Shown piece by piece: positions 8,704-18,651 of a stretch of DNA of 56,732 nucleotides; the stretch's first letter is position 1; every line of letters starts with the position of its first letter. The stretch lies in assembly GCA_048885525.1 (NCBI GenBank), contig JBHLLP010000022.1:1-56732 (forward strand), given 5' to 3'. Position numbers and translations under genes: made by a program. Source of the DNA: Candidatus Hermodarchaeota archaeon (GTDB taxonomy: Archaea > Asgardarchaeota > Lokiarchaeia > Sigyniarchaeales > SOKP01). Under the pieces are notes generated by a model. The model was not told the origin of the DNA, searched no databases, and worked only from the letters and a program-made list of their open reading frames with translations.

Positions 8704-10242
8704 ATGAATTCTAAAGAAAGAATTACTGAACAATTGAAAAGGATTGTAAAAGAAAATCAAGTTCTTACTGACTTAGAAGATCTTTATGTCTATTCATTTG
8801 AGAAAATCTTTCTTGATAGAATTAATATTCAACCTGATTTTATTGTTAGAGTCTCTTCTGTGAAGGAAGAAAACGAAGTAAAAAGAATTATTGAAAAAGA
8901 AGATGCTATATTTTTTGAAAGAGGTAAAATTCCATCAGATTATAATAATAAATCATCCAAGATTTTAGTTTTATTAGATAATGTAGAGATCCCTACTCTT
9001 CAAAATTGCATTGATGAGCAAGCAAAAAAATATGGGAGCCTTATTAAATTTGATATAAAGGGGTATGGAACTTATAGAAATCTTGCGTTGGCTGTACAAA
9101 ATTTATTTTTAGGAAAAACTTTAACTAAGTGTGAGCAGTGTACTACATGCAGTGGTTATTGTACAGTAAGTTCTTCTTTTAATGGGATTGAGTCATGGTC
9201 TTCGAAAGGAAGAATGCTCATTACCAGAGGAGTGATGAAAGGTGATTTACCCTTATCAAATAAAATTGTTGAGATATTATATAGTTGTACAAAATGTGGA
9301 CTTTGTTATGGTCAATGCTTTCAAAATTTAGAATTTCATGAAGCAATACTTTATTTAAGACATCTTATTGCTGAAAAGAATATGGCACCACAAATTTTTC
9401 ATACAGCAGCTAAAAATATTTTTGACCATGGAGACCCTGGGGCTACACCAAAAAATCGCCGTCTTATAAGAATAAAAAATATTTCTAATCTAAATTTACC
9501 CGAGAAAGCAAATACTCTCTGTTGGTTAGGGTGTACAGTAGCAACAAGAACTCCAAAAACAGCTGAAGCTTTTATAAGAACATTAAACCGAACTAATACC
9601 GAATTTACAATGTTGGGAGAAAAAGAAGGCTGTTGTGGGTATTTATTAATCTCATCTGGACTATGGCAAGAAGCTAAAAAAGTCGCGACCGACGTTATTG
9701 AAAGGATTGAGAAAACTAAAGCTAATGTTTTAGTAACTCCTTGTTCTGGCTGCTATTATACCTTTAAAAGGCTTTATCCTGAAATCCTTGATATTTGTTT
9801 GCCTTGTGAAATTCAACATACTTCTCAATTTCTCGAAAATAAAATTAAAACTGAGGAAATTAGCCTTAAACCTTTAAATTTAAACGTAACATATCATGAT
9901 CCTTGTTCACTTGGTAGACATAGCAATGTCTATAGTCCACCACGTAATGTATTAAAAGCAATACCTGAAATTAATCTAGTTGAGATGCCGTTAAGTAGAA
10001 ATTGTGCACGATGTTGCGGAGGTGGAGGTGGACTTTGGACCTATAATAACGATGTGAGTTTAGAATCAACTCAAACAAGGTTAAGAGAAGATTTTATCCC
10101 TATTAATGTTAATATTTTAACGACAGCTTGTCCACAATGCCAGTTAAATTTTCGTTTCGCTTCTCGGATGAAAAATTTTGGAGATAGATCATTAAAAATC
10201 TATGATATTACGGAAATATTAGAATTCGCAATGATATTTTAA
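8704..10242 (+). CDS. HdrD/GlcF-like Fe-S protein (2x[4Fe-4S] plus two CCG domains) with a short GlcD-like N-terminus
   Basis: CEQCTTCSGYC, CTKCGLCYGQC, GCCG, YHDPCSLGR, CCGGGGG and TACPQC. Confidence 0.88.
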   Translation: MNSKERITEQLKRIVKENQVLTDLEDLYVYSFEKIFLDRINIQPDFIVRVSSVKEENEVKRIIEKEDAIFFERGKIPSDYNNKSSKILVLLDNVEIPTLQNCIDEQAKKYGSLIKFDIKGYGTYRNLALAVQNLFLGKTLTKCEQCTTCSGYCTVSSSFNGIESWSSKGRMLITRGVMKGDLPLSNKIVEILYSCTKCGLCYGQCFQNLEFHEAILYLRHLIAEKNMAPQIFHTAAKNIFDHGDPGATPKNRRLIRIKNISNLNLPEKANTLCWLGCTVATRTPKTAEAFIRTLNRTNTEFTMLGEKEGCCGYLLISSGLWQEAKKVATDVIERIEKTKANVLVTPCSGCYYTFKRLYPEILDICLPCEIQHTSQFLENKIKTEEISLKPLNLNVTYHDPCSLGRHSNVYSPPRNVLKAIPEINLVEMPLSRNCARCCGGGGGLWTYNNDVSLESTQTRLREDFIPINVNILTTACPQCQLNFRFASRMKNFGDRSLKIYDITEILEFAMIF

Positions 10243-10252
10243 TAAGCTGATT

Positions 10253-10408
10253 CTATTTTGCCAAACCTCGAACCTTTGGTTGACCTGGCCATGGCCAAGA
10301 AATTCTATATTTTATTTTACAATGAGGACAAGTTGCTTCTTTTGCATTTGGTGGAACCGGAAAGCGTTGAAGACAATTCATACACCTACATTTAGTCACT
10401 TCAGTCAT
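10253..10408 (-). CDS. 51-aa zinc-ribbon microprotein
   Basis: MTEVTKCRCMNCLQRFPVPPNAKEATCPHCKIKYRISWPWPGQPKVRGLAK*, with a strong SD GAGGTGA 7 nt upstream. Absent from the ORF track. Confidence 0.8.
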   Translation of the reverse strand: MTEVTKCRCMNCLQRFPVPPNAKEATCPHCKIKYRISWPWPGQPKVRGLAK

Positions 10409-10660
10409 TTATGAATCACCTCTATAATTAAATTCTACATTTATTATTTTTAAGTCTTTTATAATTGTTTTAATGATGTTTTATTTGTTAAATTGATACT
10501 AAAAGGGGTCTAATATATTAATTTAAAGAAATTAATACTTATTAGTTTTCGTTGAAATATTTAAATCTAATGGATAATTTAAATAAAAAGTAAAAATATT
10601 TAATTTTGCAAGAGAATACTAATATTAGAATTATTATTGAGTATATTTCTGTAGCACAAG

Positions 10661-10676
10661 TGGGTACATATTCCCA
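10661..10676. promoter_or_regulatory. Imperfect palindrome TGGGTACATATTCCCA upstream of aor
   Basis: The reverse complement TGGGAATATGTACCCA shares both 6-bp arms with the 3408 site. Confidence 0.5.
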
Positions 10677-10737
10677 TCGCACTGAAAAGCATAGTGATTT
10701 GCGATTTAACATTTTAAAAAGGTAGGGGTGAAAAAGT

Positions 10738-12627
10738 ATAGTTTGGAATAAACAGATTGCATATATTGATTTAACAACTGGAGAAATAACAAAAAAAAAG
10801 ATTCCAAAATTAATACGAGAAAGATTTTTGGGTGGTAGAGGTATAAATATGTATCTTCTATACAATCATCTTTCACCTGGAGTTGATCCTTTAAGTTCTG
10901 AAAATGTTTTACTTGTAGGTGTAGGTTTATTAACTGGAATCCCTGCTATGGGGAGTGGAAGATGTGATATCGCAGCAAAATCACCATTAACAGGTGCGAT
11001 TGGTGATTCAAACATCGGAGGATTCTTTGCACCAGAGATGAGAATGGCTGGATTTGATCATTTGGTAATAAAAGGAAAAGCTGAGAATCCTAGTTATATT
11101 TGGATACATGATGGAGAAATAGAAATTTTAGATGCGAGTCATCTATGGGGAAAGGATACATTTGAAACACAAAATATCATCCGTTCAGATCATGAAGATG
11201 AAGAAATTAAATCTTTAGTTATCGGTAAAGCCGGAGAAAATCTTGTACGTTTTGCTAATGTAAGAACTGGTATGAAAAATGCAGCTGGACGTACAGGTAT
11301 GGGTTGTGTTATGGGATCAAAGAACTTAAAAGCAATAGCTGCACGTGGAACTATGGATATTGAATTTGCCCATCCTATTGAATTACTAGATTACTGTAAA
11401 GAAATGATCGAAATGGTCATGAAAAATCGCTATTCAAGAGCTGCATCGAAATGGGGTACACTTGTTATTTATAGCACCACAAATACCACAGGGTTAATTC
11501 GAACGAGAAACTTTCAGTTAAATCAATTAGAAGAAGGTTGGGATATTGAACCGGAAGAAATGGACAAATATACTATTGGAATGTCTGGCTGTTATGGATG
11601 CCCAGTAAGTTGTCGTCATCGTTATACATTAAAAGAAGGTTTATTTGCTCCCTTTTTTGCTGAAGGTCCAGAATACACATCTTTAGGTGCATTTGGTACT
11701 ATGGTTGATTGTAAAAAAATGGAAACCGTTCTTACAGCTAATCATCTTGTTAATAAATATGGTTTAGATACATTAGAAACCGGGGGACTTATCGCTTGGG
11801 CTATGGAACTCTATGAGAAAGGAATAATTACTGAAAAAGTAACAGATGGATTAAAGATTGAGTGGGGTAATGAAGAAGTTCTCTATGAATTAATTAGAAA
11901 GATTGCTTATCGAGAAGGGTTTGGTAATCTACTTGCTGATGGATTCAAAACAGCAATCCCTAAAATAGGAGAAGAATCTAGATATTACGCAATAGAAGTA
12001 AAGGGTATGAGTAATTTACATTCAGATGAACGTCCAACACCTAGCTTGGCATTAGGTATTATAACTTCAACTAGAGGCGCTGATCATCTGAGAGGCCGTC
12101 CCGCCATAGATCTTTATGGATTACCAGAAGATTTTTTGGAGGAAATATATGGTGGTAAAATGTCCTCTGATTATAGATCTTACGAAGGAAAGAGTCGTAT
12201 GGTTTGGTGGCAAGAGCTTTTGTATGCCGTTACAGATTCTATTGGTACATGTAAATTTCAAACAGTGTTTCTAGCAGTCCATGCTCCAAAATGGGAGGAA
12301 TTCTCAAAGTTAATCTATTTAGTTTCTGGATTGCAGATTTCAGATTCCCAACTTATGGAAATTGGTGAAAGAATTTACACTCTCGAAAGAATGTTTAATA
12401 TTAGAGAAGGTTTTTCAAGAAAAGATGATATATTACCAGATCGATACTTTGAGGAACCGACTCCTATAGGACTTCCACGAGTTAGGGGAATAAAAATCGA
12501 TCGAATAAAATTTGAAAAAATGCTCGATGAGCATTATAGTCTTCATGGTTGGGATAAGAATGGAAATCCTACTGAAGAAAGTCTACGAAAACTTGGAATT
12601 GAAAACGAACCAACTCAAATTATATGA
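10738..12627 (+). CDS. aor: Tungsten-containing aldehyde:ferredoxin oxidoreductase family protein (629 aa if started at ATA 10738)
   Basis: KSPLTG, GRTGMGCVMGSKNLKAI, GPEY, RGADH and DSIGTCKF motifs. An in-frame upstream extension (I)VWNKQIAYIDLTTGEI...FLGGRG is the typical AOR N-terminus. Confidence 0.92.
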   Translation: MVWNKQIAYIDLTTGEITKKKIPKLIRERFLGGRGINMYLLYNHLSPGVDPLSSENVLLVGVGLLTGIPAMGSGRCDIAAKSPLTGAIGDSNIGGFFAPEMRMAGFDHLVIKGKAENPSYIWIHDGEIEILDASHLWGKDTFETQNIIRSDHEDEEIKSLVIGKAGENLVRFANVRTGMKNAAGRTGMGCVMGSKNLKAIAARGTMDIEFAHPIELLDYCKEMIEMVMKNRYSRAASKWGTLVIYSTTNTTGLIRTRNFQLNQLEEGWDIEPEEMDKYTIGMSGCYGCPVSCRHRYTLKEGLFAPFFAEGPEYTSLGAFGTMVDCKKMETVLTANHLVNKYGLDTLETGGLIAWAMELYEKGIITEKVTDGLKIEWGNEEVLYELIRKIAYREGFGNLLADGFKTAIPKIGEESRYYAIEVKGMSNLHSDERPTPSLALGIITSTRGADHLRGRPAIDLYGLPEDFLEEIYGGKMSSDYRSYEGKSRMVWWQELLYAVTDSIGTCKFQTVFLAVHAPKWEEFSKLIYLVSGLQISDSQLMEIGERIYTLERMFNIREGFSRKDDILPDRYFEEPTPIGLPRVRGIKIDRIKFEKMLDEHYSLHGWDKNGNPTEESLRKLGIENEPTQII

Positions 12628-12643
12628 AATAGAGGGATATAGA

Positions 12644-13132
12644 ATGCAAAAAATATTATTTGTCGACCCTGAAAAATGCACTGGATGTAGATTATGTGAA
12701 AATGTATGTTCTCTCTATCATGAAAAAGTTAGTAATCCCTCTCGAGCAAGAATTCATATCATAAAATGGGAAAATTCAGGATTATACGTGCCAATGATTT
12801 GCCAACAATGTGAAACACCCATTTGTGAAACTGTCTGCCCTATGGGTGCGATAAGTAGAAATGAGAAAACAGGAGCAGTAATTATAGATGAAGAATTATG
12901 TGTAGGATGTAAACTTTGTATAATGTTCTGTCCACTTGGTGGAGTAGGAATTAACAAAAATAGAAAAATTTTAAAATGTGATCTTTGTGAGGGTGACCCT
13001 TTATGTGTAAAATTTTGTATTCCAGAAGCACTTCAATTTATAGATGCAAATACTATTAATCTAAAAAAGAGAAGAATAGCAGCAGAAAAATTATCAGAAA
13101 TTATGAAAAAATTATTAGAGGTTTCAATCTAG
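12644..13132 (+). CDS. 4x[4Fe-4S] electron-transfer subunit (DmsB/CooF-like), AOR partner
   Basis: MQKILFVDPEKCTGCRLCENVC, CQQC..PICETVCP, CVGCKLCIMFCP and KCDLC..DPLCVKFC. The likely start is ATG 12644 rather than 12513. Confidence 0.92.
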   Translation: MQKILFVDPEKCTGCRLCENVCSLYHEKVSNPSRARIHIIKWENSGLYVPMICQQCETPICETVCPMGAISRNEKTGAVIIDEELCVGCKLCIMFCPLGGVGINKNRKILKCDLCEGDPLCVKFCIPEALQFIDANTINLKKRRIAAEKLSEIMKKLLEVSI

Positions 13133-13164
13133 AGATTTTTTTAAAAATTTAAAAAGGATTAGAT

Positions 13165-14112
13165 ATGGTGGAAAAAATTAAAATCGGAATTATTGGAATT
13201 GGTCCAACTGGGGGGATTTTAGCAGCTCATCTTGCTAAATCAGGACAAAATGTGGTTCTAGTTGACATTAATAAGAGTCATATGGATAAGATTAAAAAGA
13301 AAGGATTAACATTAACAAACCTTAAAAAATTCAATGTAAAATTCCCAAAGGAGAACATTTGCTACTCTATAGAAGAACTGGAAGATAAGGAAATAGACAC
13401 TTTATTTATCGCTGTGAAAGCGTCTCACCTTATTGAAATTTTACCACAAATTAAAAAAGTTGTGAACCCCAATACAACCTTAATCAGTTTACAAAATGGA
13501 TTTGATACAGAGGAACTTATTGCAGAATATATAGGAGAAGAAAATACGATTCGCATTGTGGTTAACTATGCTGGCAATATTTTAGAGGATGGAGTTATAA
13601 GAATGTCATTTTTTAACCCTCCAAACTATTTAGGTGTAATATCATCTGAAGCAGAAGGAAAAGCCAAACAAATAGCAGAGATCATTGACTCCGCTGGATT
13701 AGAAACTATTTTTACTCCAGAAATAAAAAAATTTGAATGGACAAAATGTATACTCAATACCATAAGTCCTGTTTGTGTCACCACTAGAACAACAATGAAA
13801 CAAACAATGGAGTTTTCGGAAACTAGGGAGATTTGCAGAGAAATATTACGTGAGGGGATACAAGTTGCAAAAGCACGTGGAATCAACTTCGAACCAGATT
13901 TTTTAGATAAAGGTATGAGTTATCTGGATAAGGCAGGTCATCACAGAGTTTCAATGGAAGCAGATATTGATGCGGGCAATCCATCAGAAATAGGATTTCT
14001 TAATGGAAAAATAGTTGAATATGGAGAACTTGAAGGAATCCCCACGCCATATAATAAATTATTTGTATCCATAATTAAAGGATTGGAATTACCTCCAATA
14101 AATCGCAACTAA
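13165..14112 (+). CDS. panE: Ketopantoate reductase (PanE/ApbA) family
   Basis: GIGPTG Rossmann motif, AVK, LQNG, WTK, SM..D..G..SEI..LNG and PTPYN. Confidence 0.88.
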   Translation: MVEKIKIGIIGIGPTGGILAAHLAKSGQNVVLVDINKSHMDKIKKKGLTLTNLKKFNVKFPKENICYSIEELEDKEIDTLFIAVKASHLIEILPQIKKVVNPNTTLISLQNGFDTEELIAEYIGEENTIRIVVNYAGNILEDGVIRMSFFNPPNYLGVISSEAEGKAKQIAEIIDSAGLETIFTPEIKKFEWTKCILNTISPVCVTTRTTMKQTMEFSETREICREILREGIQVAKARGINFEPDFLDKGMSYLDKAGHHRVSMEADIDAGNPSEIGFLNGKIVEYGELEGIPTPYNKLFVSIIKGLELPPINRN

Positions 14113-14137
14113 TTCATGATCGAATTACTTTAAAATC

Positions 14138-14935
14138 ATGCTTAACGAAATTTTTTTCGCAGGTATTGATGTAGGAACATCATACGTAAAATCAGTATTA
14201 TTAAATAGTAATAAAGAGATTGTAAGCTTTTTTATTAATCGTACTGGTACTTCTATTGAAAATTCAAGTAAAAATGCTTATGAGAATACCCTTTCTAATG
14301 CTTCATTATCAAATACATCTATAAAGCGTATAACTGCAACTGGATATGGAAAAGATAAAGTTTCTTTCGCTAATACTTATAAAACTGAAATTAGTTGTCA
14401 TGCTAAAGGTGCTTATCATTACTTTCCGCAGAAAATTACAATTGTCGATATTGGAGGACAAGATACCAAGGTTATTAAACTTGATGAGAATGGTAAAATA
14501 TTGAGGTTCAAAATGAATAGAAAATGTGCTGCGGGTACAGGTGCATTTATTGAGGAAATTGCGTATCGACTCGATCTCCCTCTAAATGAATTAAATACTT
14601 TAGCTACTAAATCTACCTCTAAAGTTCCATTAGCAAGTTTTTGCACAGTTTTTGCAAAAACGGAAATTCTAACTCGAATAAAAGAAGGAGAAAAAGTTGA
14701 AGATTTAATTAAAAGCGCCTTTGGTTCTGTAATAAAAAGAATAATAGAAATGACAGAATTAGAGGGTACTGTAATTCTGACTGGAGGTTTAATAGCTTAT
14801 AATTCTATTATTGGAGAAATCTTAAAGACTGAAATAAATGCTGATATTCTTATACCACCTTATCCCCAATTAACAGGAGCAATAGGGGCTGCTTTGTTTG
14901 CTCTCGAAGATAATAACCCCAAATTACACAATTAG
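14138..14935 (+). CDS. ATP-dependent 2-hydroxyacyl-CoA dehydratase activase (HgdC/BadF type)
   Basis: GIDVGTS, TGYG, EISCHAKG, DIGGQDTK, KCAAGTG and CTVFA. Confidence 0.93.
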   Translation: MLNEIFFAGIDVGTSYVKSVLLNSNKEIVSFFINRTGTSIENSSKNAYENTLSNASLSNTSIKRITATGYGKDKVSFANTYKTEISCHAKGAYHYFPQKITIVDIGGQDTKVIKLDENGKILRFKMNRKCAAGTGAFIEEIAYRLDLPLNELNTLATKSTSKVPLASFCTVFAKTEILTRIKEGEKVEDLIKSAFGSVIKRIIEMTELEGTVILTGGLIAYNSIIGEILKTEINADILIPPYPQLTGAIGAALFALEDNNPKLHN

Positions 14936-15063
14936 ATTTTTTTTCTTTAAGGCTAAGATAAAGATGTGTAAGATTATACCCGTTTATTTAAATATACAAA
15001 TTACTAATTATTAGCTTACAGATCGTTTTTTTGATCCTTTTACAAAAAACAAAATGAAATATA

Positions 15064-18000
15064 ATGAGATCAATATTTAAAAAAAAAAAGACAATTGTAA
15101 TTTTAGGGATATTACTCACTCTTTTCCTAAATGTTTTTACAATTTCTAATGGTTTAGCAACAGTTATTCAAGAAGACGCGGTGTTTGATCTTGATAAAGA
15201 AGATCCTCTAGGACCTCAAGGTTATGGGGCGATAATTCCCTCTCCTAATACTTTAGGTACTGTTTATATCGATGGTTCAAATCAAGGTAAATTTACTATA
15301 ATGGATTGGGATGGATCATCAACAGGTTACGAGGAAATTGTAAGCTTTCCCGGTGAAGATATATCTTTATATTATCCAATGACATTAGATGATTACTGGG
15401 TGGGTAGTCTTTCATATAATGACGAGATTAATCCTTGGACTCAAGTGAGATGGCTAAATGTTTCTGCATATAATGCTGAAGCTGAAGACTTGTCACCTTT
15501 TACTGTTAGTACATTATTTGATTATTATGCTTTGGTAGAGGGAGGTACATTAAACGCTCCGGCTAACGATGAACAACCAATGCAAATCGATGTTATTATT
15601 AAAAGTGGAGGCCCGAAAGTATTAAAATTTGATTGGATAATGGCAAATCCTGCTGCAGCATCATATGATTATTATTTAATTTCTCCATCCGGAAGATTTA
15701 TGGATGCAAATTGCTACCCAGTCCCTGTATCTCACTCAACGACACCTGGTACAACTTTATTTAACTACTTGATATTTACAGCCCATCAAGCTGGTACATA
15801 TCGCTTAATTTTTGAGGTTTACCATACTGCTCCTAGTTCTTTATATTTAGAATTTTTACACACTCAAATATCATCTTTACCCATAAATTCGCTGCAATTT
15901 GGAGGAAATAGTGATGGAATATTGTCTATTGATCTAGGGGAATATGCTAATTGGCAATCAAAATGGTTCAGAATTAGTGGAAAAAAGGGAGATCTCTTTA
16001 CACTAGACTTATTTGAAGATTATTCTACCGGCTTTACACCGATTATAGATATTTGGACCCCATGTGCAAATGGTTATTTTCTTGACATTTCGGTAGGAAC
16101 AGGGACTCATGAAATTTATTTTCCTAAGAATGGTTATGCATATGTTTCATTTACTGATATGATTTTTGGTGATTGGTATAGGTATTCATTATTCTTAAAA
16201 AAAATCGAAACTGTACAATACAACCTCGGAGACTCTCTAACATCGTATATGATATCTGGTGATGAATCAACAGCTATACAATTCTCTCTTCGGGAGGATT
16301 CAATTGTTCGATTTAACTATACTAGTTTATCTCCTGGAAATCCAGAGATTTACGCATTTGGTAGTGCTAGAGATTTTATTTATATGAATTCAAAAGAATT
16401 ATATTGTTATGACATCAATTCAGATTTCTTTACTAGTTCTGCAGATTCAACAGACTTCTACTGGCATTTCATGCCAGCTGGAACTTATAAAGCTGTAATT
16501 GAAAACACAGTTCCTTTATCTGATGGGATCTTTAAAATTAGCTCACAAGTATATGAATGGTCAGATATGCCAATTCCTGTTAATACTCTAACCTATCCAA
16601 TTGATTATCCATCAGAGTTCTTAACCCTTGATTTTGAAGCAGATCCTGATTTTGAAAGTCTTAAAAGTCCAGTAGGGATTGATATTATTATCCCAAATAT
16701 GGCTCAAGTTAGACTAAATACAACAATGTGGGCAGTAGACAATATCTGGGCCGCAGCAAGTAGTTTTCCTTCACATCTCTATACTCTAAATGATACAGAT
16801 TTGATATTTTATACTTCCGACTATCCATATCCCGCTTTTTCGACCGATGGTTTAGATAGCGAAGTTAATGATTACTTATATATTGGAGCCCCTACAAGAT
16901 GGACTGGGATGACATTTGACTTTTCAGTTCCAGGAGTGGCGGGATCTATTGATACACCTCTAGTTTATACTGATCCTGCTTGGGGTTCTATTCCAATGGA
17001 CAATGATGGTACTAGTGGCTTTACTGCTGACGGTACTATTGAATTAGATATATCTAATGCTAATTTTGCTGCTTGGACTAAAGGAGCTGATGATGATTTG
17101 GATCCAAATATAACTGAAAGTAATTATTACTGGATGGCAATACGTTGTTCTGGAGATTATTCAACTGTACCTATCATTCAAGAGTTAACTTTGTTAAATA
17201 ATACAATTAGAGGGGATTTGCAATTTGTGCTTATAAGAGAGAGTGGCTATAAATATGATGACTATTGGGCACCTTCACAAATAATTCAGCCTACGGATCT
17301 ATTAAATCTAGAGGTTAGTTTAGATGATGATGATGGTGGTCATACTTTTGATACAAGAGAATCCTATATTATTGAAAATTTAGCTTCTGATCCATATACT
17401 ATTGGTCTTGAAGGAGGAACATATAAATTATTAATTGTTCCTGAACAATGGGATTGCCCAGGGACAGTTTCTGTTCAGTTTGCTGTTGAAGATTTCTGGG
17501 GTTATGCGCATCATGAAACATATGACATTGTAGAAACTCCACATCTTCATTCAAGGGATATAACAAACTATACATTTACTGGATATTCTAATATAACAGG
17601 ATCAATTTACCCTTACGGACTAACAACTTGGTTTAACCATACTGAAAGTTTATCTCCCTATGGTGGTGAAAGCTATTTCGCTCTTGAGTGTAGTGGTAAA
17701 CCCTATCAATGGACACAACTAGTTGTTACTGCGGATGGTTTAGGTATAGGCGATTATGATCTTTACTTAATTCAAGATCTTCCATGGATTAACGCAAACG
17801 GACCAAATAATGAAATTGAGCAAATTTTCCCCACAAATGTTGATTATAATACAACTTATGAGTTTGGAGTTTTTTCTGATCATTTTACTTTGCTATTTGA
17901 AGTTAGTGCGCCCGCAGGAAATAATGTTTCATTTTATATTTCCCTAAGCCAATATGATACTATCCCACTGATAACAAGTGATTTACGAGCATCTTATACA

Positions 18001-18123
18001 CCACCACTAGATCCAGCATTAATAATTGCATTGGCAATAGGCATCCCAGCTGCAGCTGGAGCAGTTGTTGTTGTATATGTTTTGAAGAAAAAGGGGAAGA
18101 TATTAACAAAACGTCCATCATAA
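15064..18123 (+). CDS. Large secreted, C-terminally membrane-anchored surface glycoprotein
   Basis: KKKK plus hydrophobic signal peptide; acidic, aromatic, beta-rich body with many N-x-S/T sequons; C-terminal TM followed by KKKGK. Confidence 0.8.
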   Translation: MRSIFKKKKTIVILGILLTLFLNVFTISNGLATVIQEDAVFDLDKEDPLGPQGYGAIIPSPNTLGTVYIDGSNQGKFTIMDWDGSSTGYEEIVSFPGEDISLYYPMTLDDYWVGSLSYNDEINPWTQVRWLNVSAYNAEAEDLSPFTVSTLFDYYALVEGGTLNAPANDEQPMQIDVIIKSGGPKVLKFDWIMANPAAASYDYYLISPSGRFMDANCYPVPVSHSTTPGTTLFNYLIFTAHQAGTYRLIFEVYHTAPSSLYLEFLHTQISSLPINSLQFGGNSDGILSIDLGEYANWQSKWFRISGKKGDLFTLDLFEDYSTGFTPIIDIWTPCANGYFLDISVGTGTHEIYFPKNGYAYVSFTDMIFGDWYRYSLFLKKIETVQYNLGDSLTSYMISGDESTAIQFSLREDSIVRFNYTSLSPGNPEIYAFGSARDFIYMNSKELYCYDINSDFFTSSADSTDFYWHFMPAGTYKAVIENTVPLSDGIFKISSQVYEWSDMPIPVNTLTYPIDYPSEFLTLDFEADPDFESLKSPVGIDIIIPNMAQVRLNTTMWAVDNIWAAASSFPSHLYTLNDTDLIFYTSDYPYPAFSTDGLDSEVNDYLYIGAPTRWTGMTFDFSVPGVAGSIDTPLVYTDPAWGSIPMDNDGTSGFTADGTIELDISNANFAAWTKGADDDLDPNITESNYYWMAIRCSGDYSTVPIIQELTLLNNTIRGDLQFVLIRESGYKYDDYWAPSQIIQPTDLLNLEVSLDDDDGGHTFDTRESYIIENLASDPYTIGLEGGTYKLLIVPEQWDCPGTVSVQFAVEDFWGYAHHETYDIVETPHLHSRDITNYTFTGYSNITGSIYPYGLTTWFNHTESLSPYGGESYFALECSGKPYQWTQLVVTADGLGIGDYDLYLIQDLPWINANGPNNEIEQIFPTNVDYNTTYEFGVFSDHFTLLFEVSAPAGNNVSFYISLSQYDTIPLITSDLRASYTPPLDPALIIALAIGIPAAAGAVVVVYVLKKKGKILTKRPS

Positions 18124-18144
18124 ATTTAAATATTTATTAATCTC

Positions 18145-18154
18145 TTTTTTTTTT
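18145..18154 (+). terminator. Oligo-T archaeal terminator candidate
   Basis: T10 run about 20 nt after the stop of the surface-protein gene. Confidence 0.5.
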
Positions 18155-18651
18155 ACATTATAATTACCTTTAAAATATAATAGAATTTCTAAAACATAAG
18201 GCTATTAGTTTTAAGATTTTAAAGTTAACTTTAAGTTAGGTTTCACAAAACTAATATTGAAAAAAATATTTTAGTTAGAATCCAATTTATATTGGAAATT
18301 TTAGAAAAATAAGCTCTATGATTGATATATTGAAACTTTATTCTTATTAAGATCTTAATAAAATGCAAAATTATTTTTATAAAAATGAGATGGAATTACA
18401 ATTTGTGCAAAAAATCGGACAATCTTTTTCATAAAAATTGATTTGTTATTCATATTTTTTAAGAAAAAATTTTCTTTTTAATTAAATTTATGAGCTCTTT
18501 TCGCTTTTATTTTTGAAATAAGGATGTTAGAGAGAAATATTAAAATTATAAACGCATATTTATATCATAGCAATACAATTCACGCAATAATGGAACAGAA
18601 CGTTCATTAAATTCACGAAACATTTATTAAGATGGATGACTAAATACATAT

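Noticed and set aside
12513-12643. N-terminal extension of the Fe-S protein in the ORF track
   Set aside because: It overlaps the aor 3' end; the family-typical start is ATG 12644.
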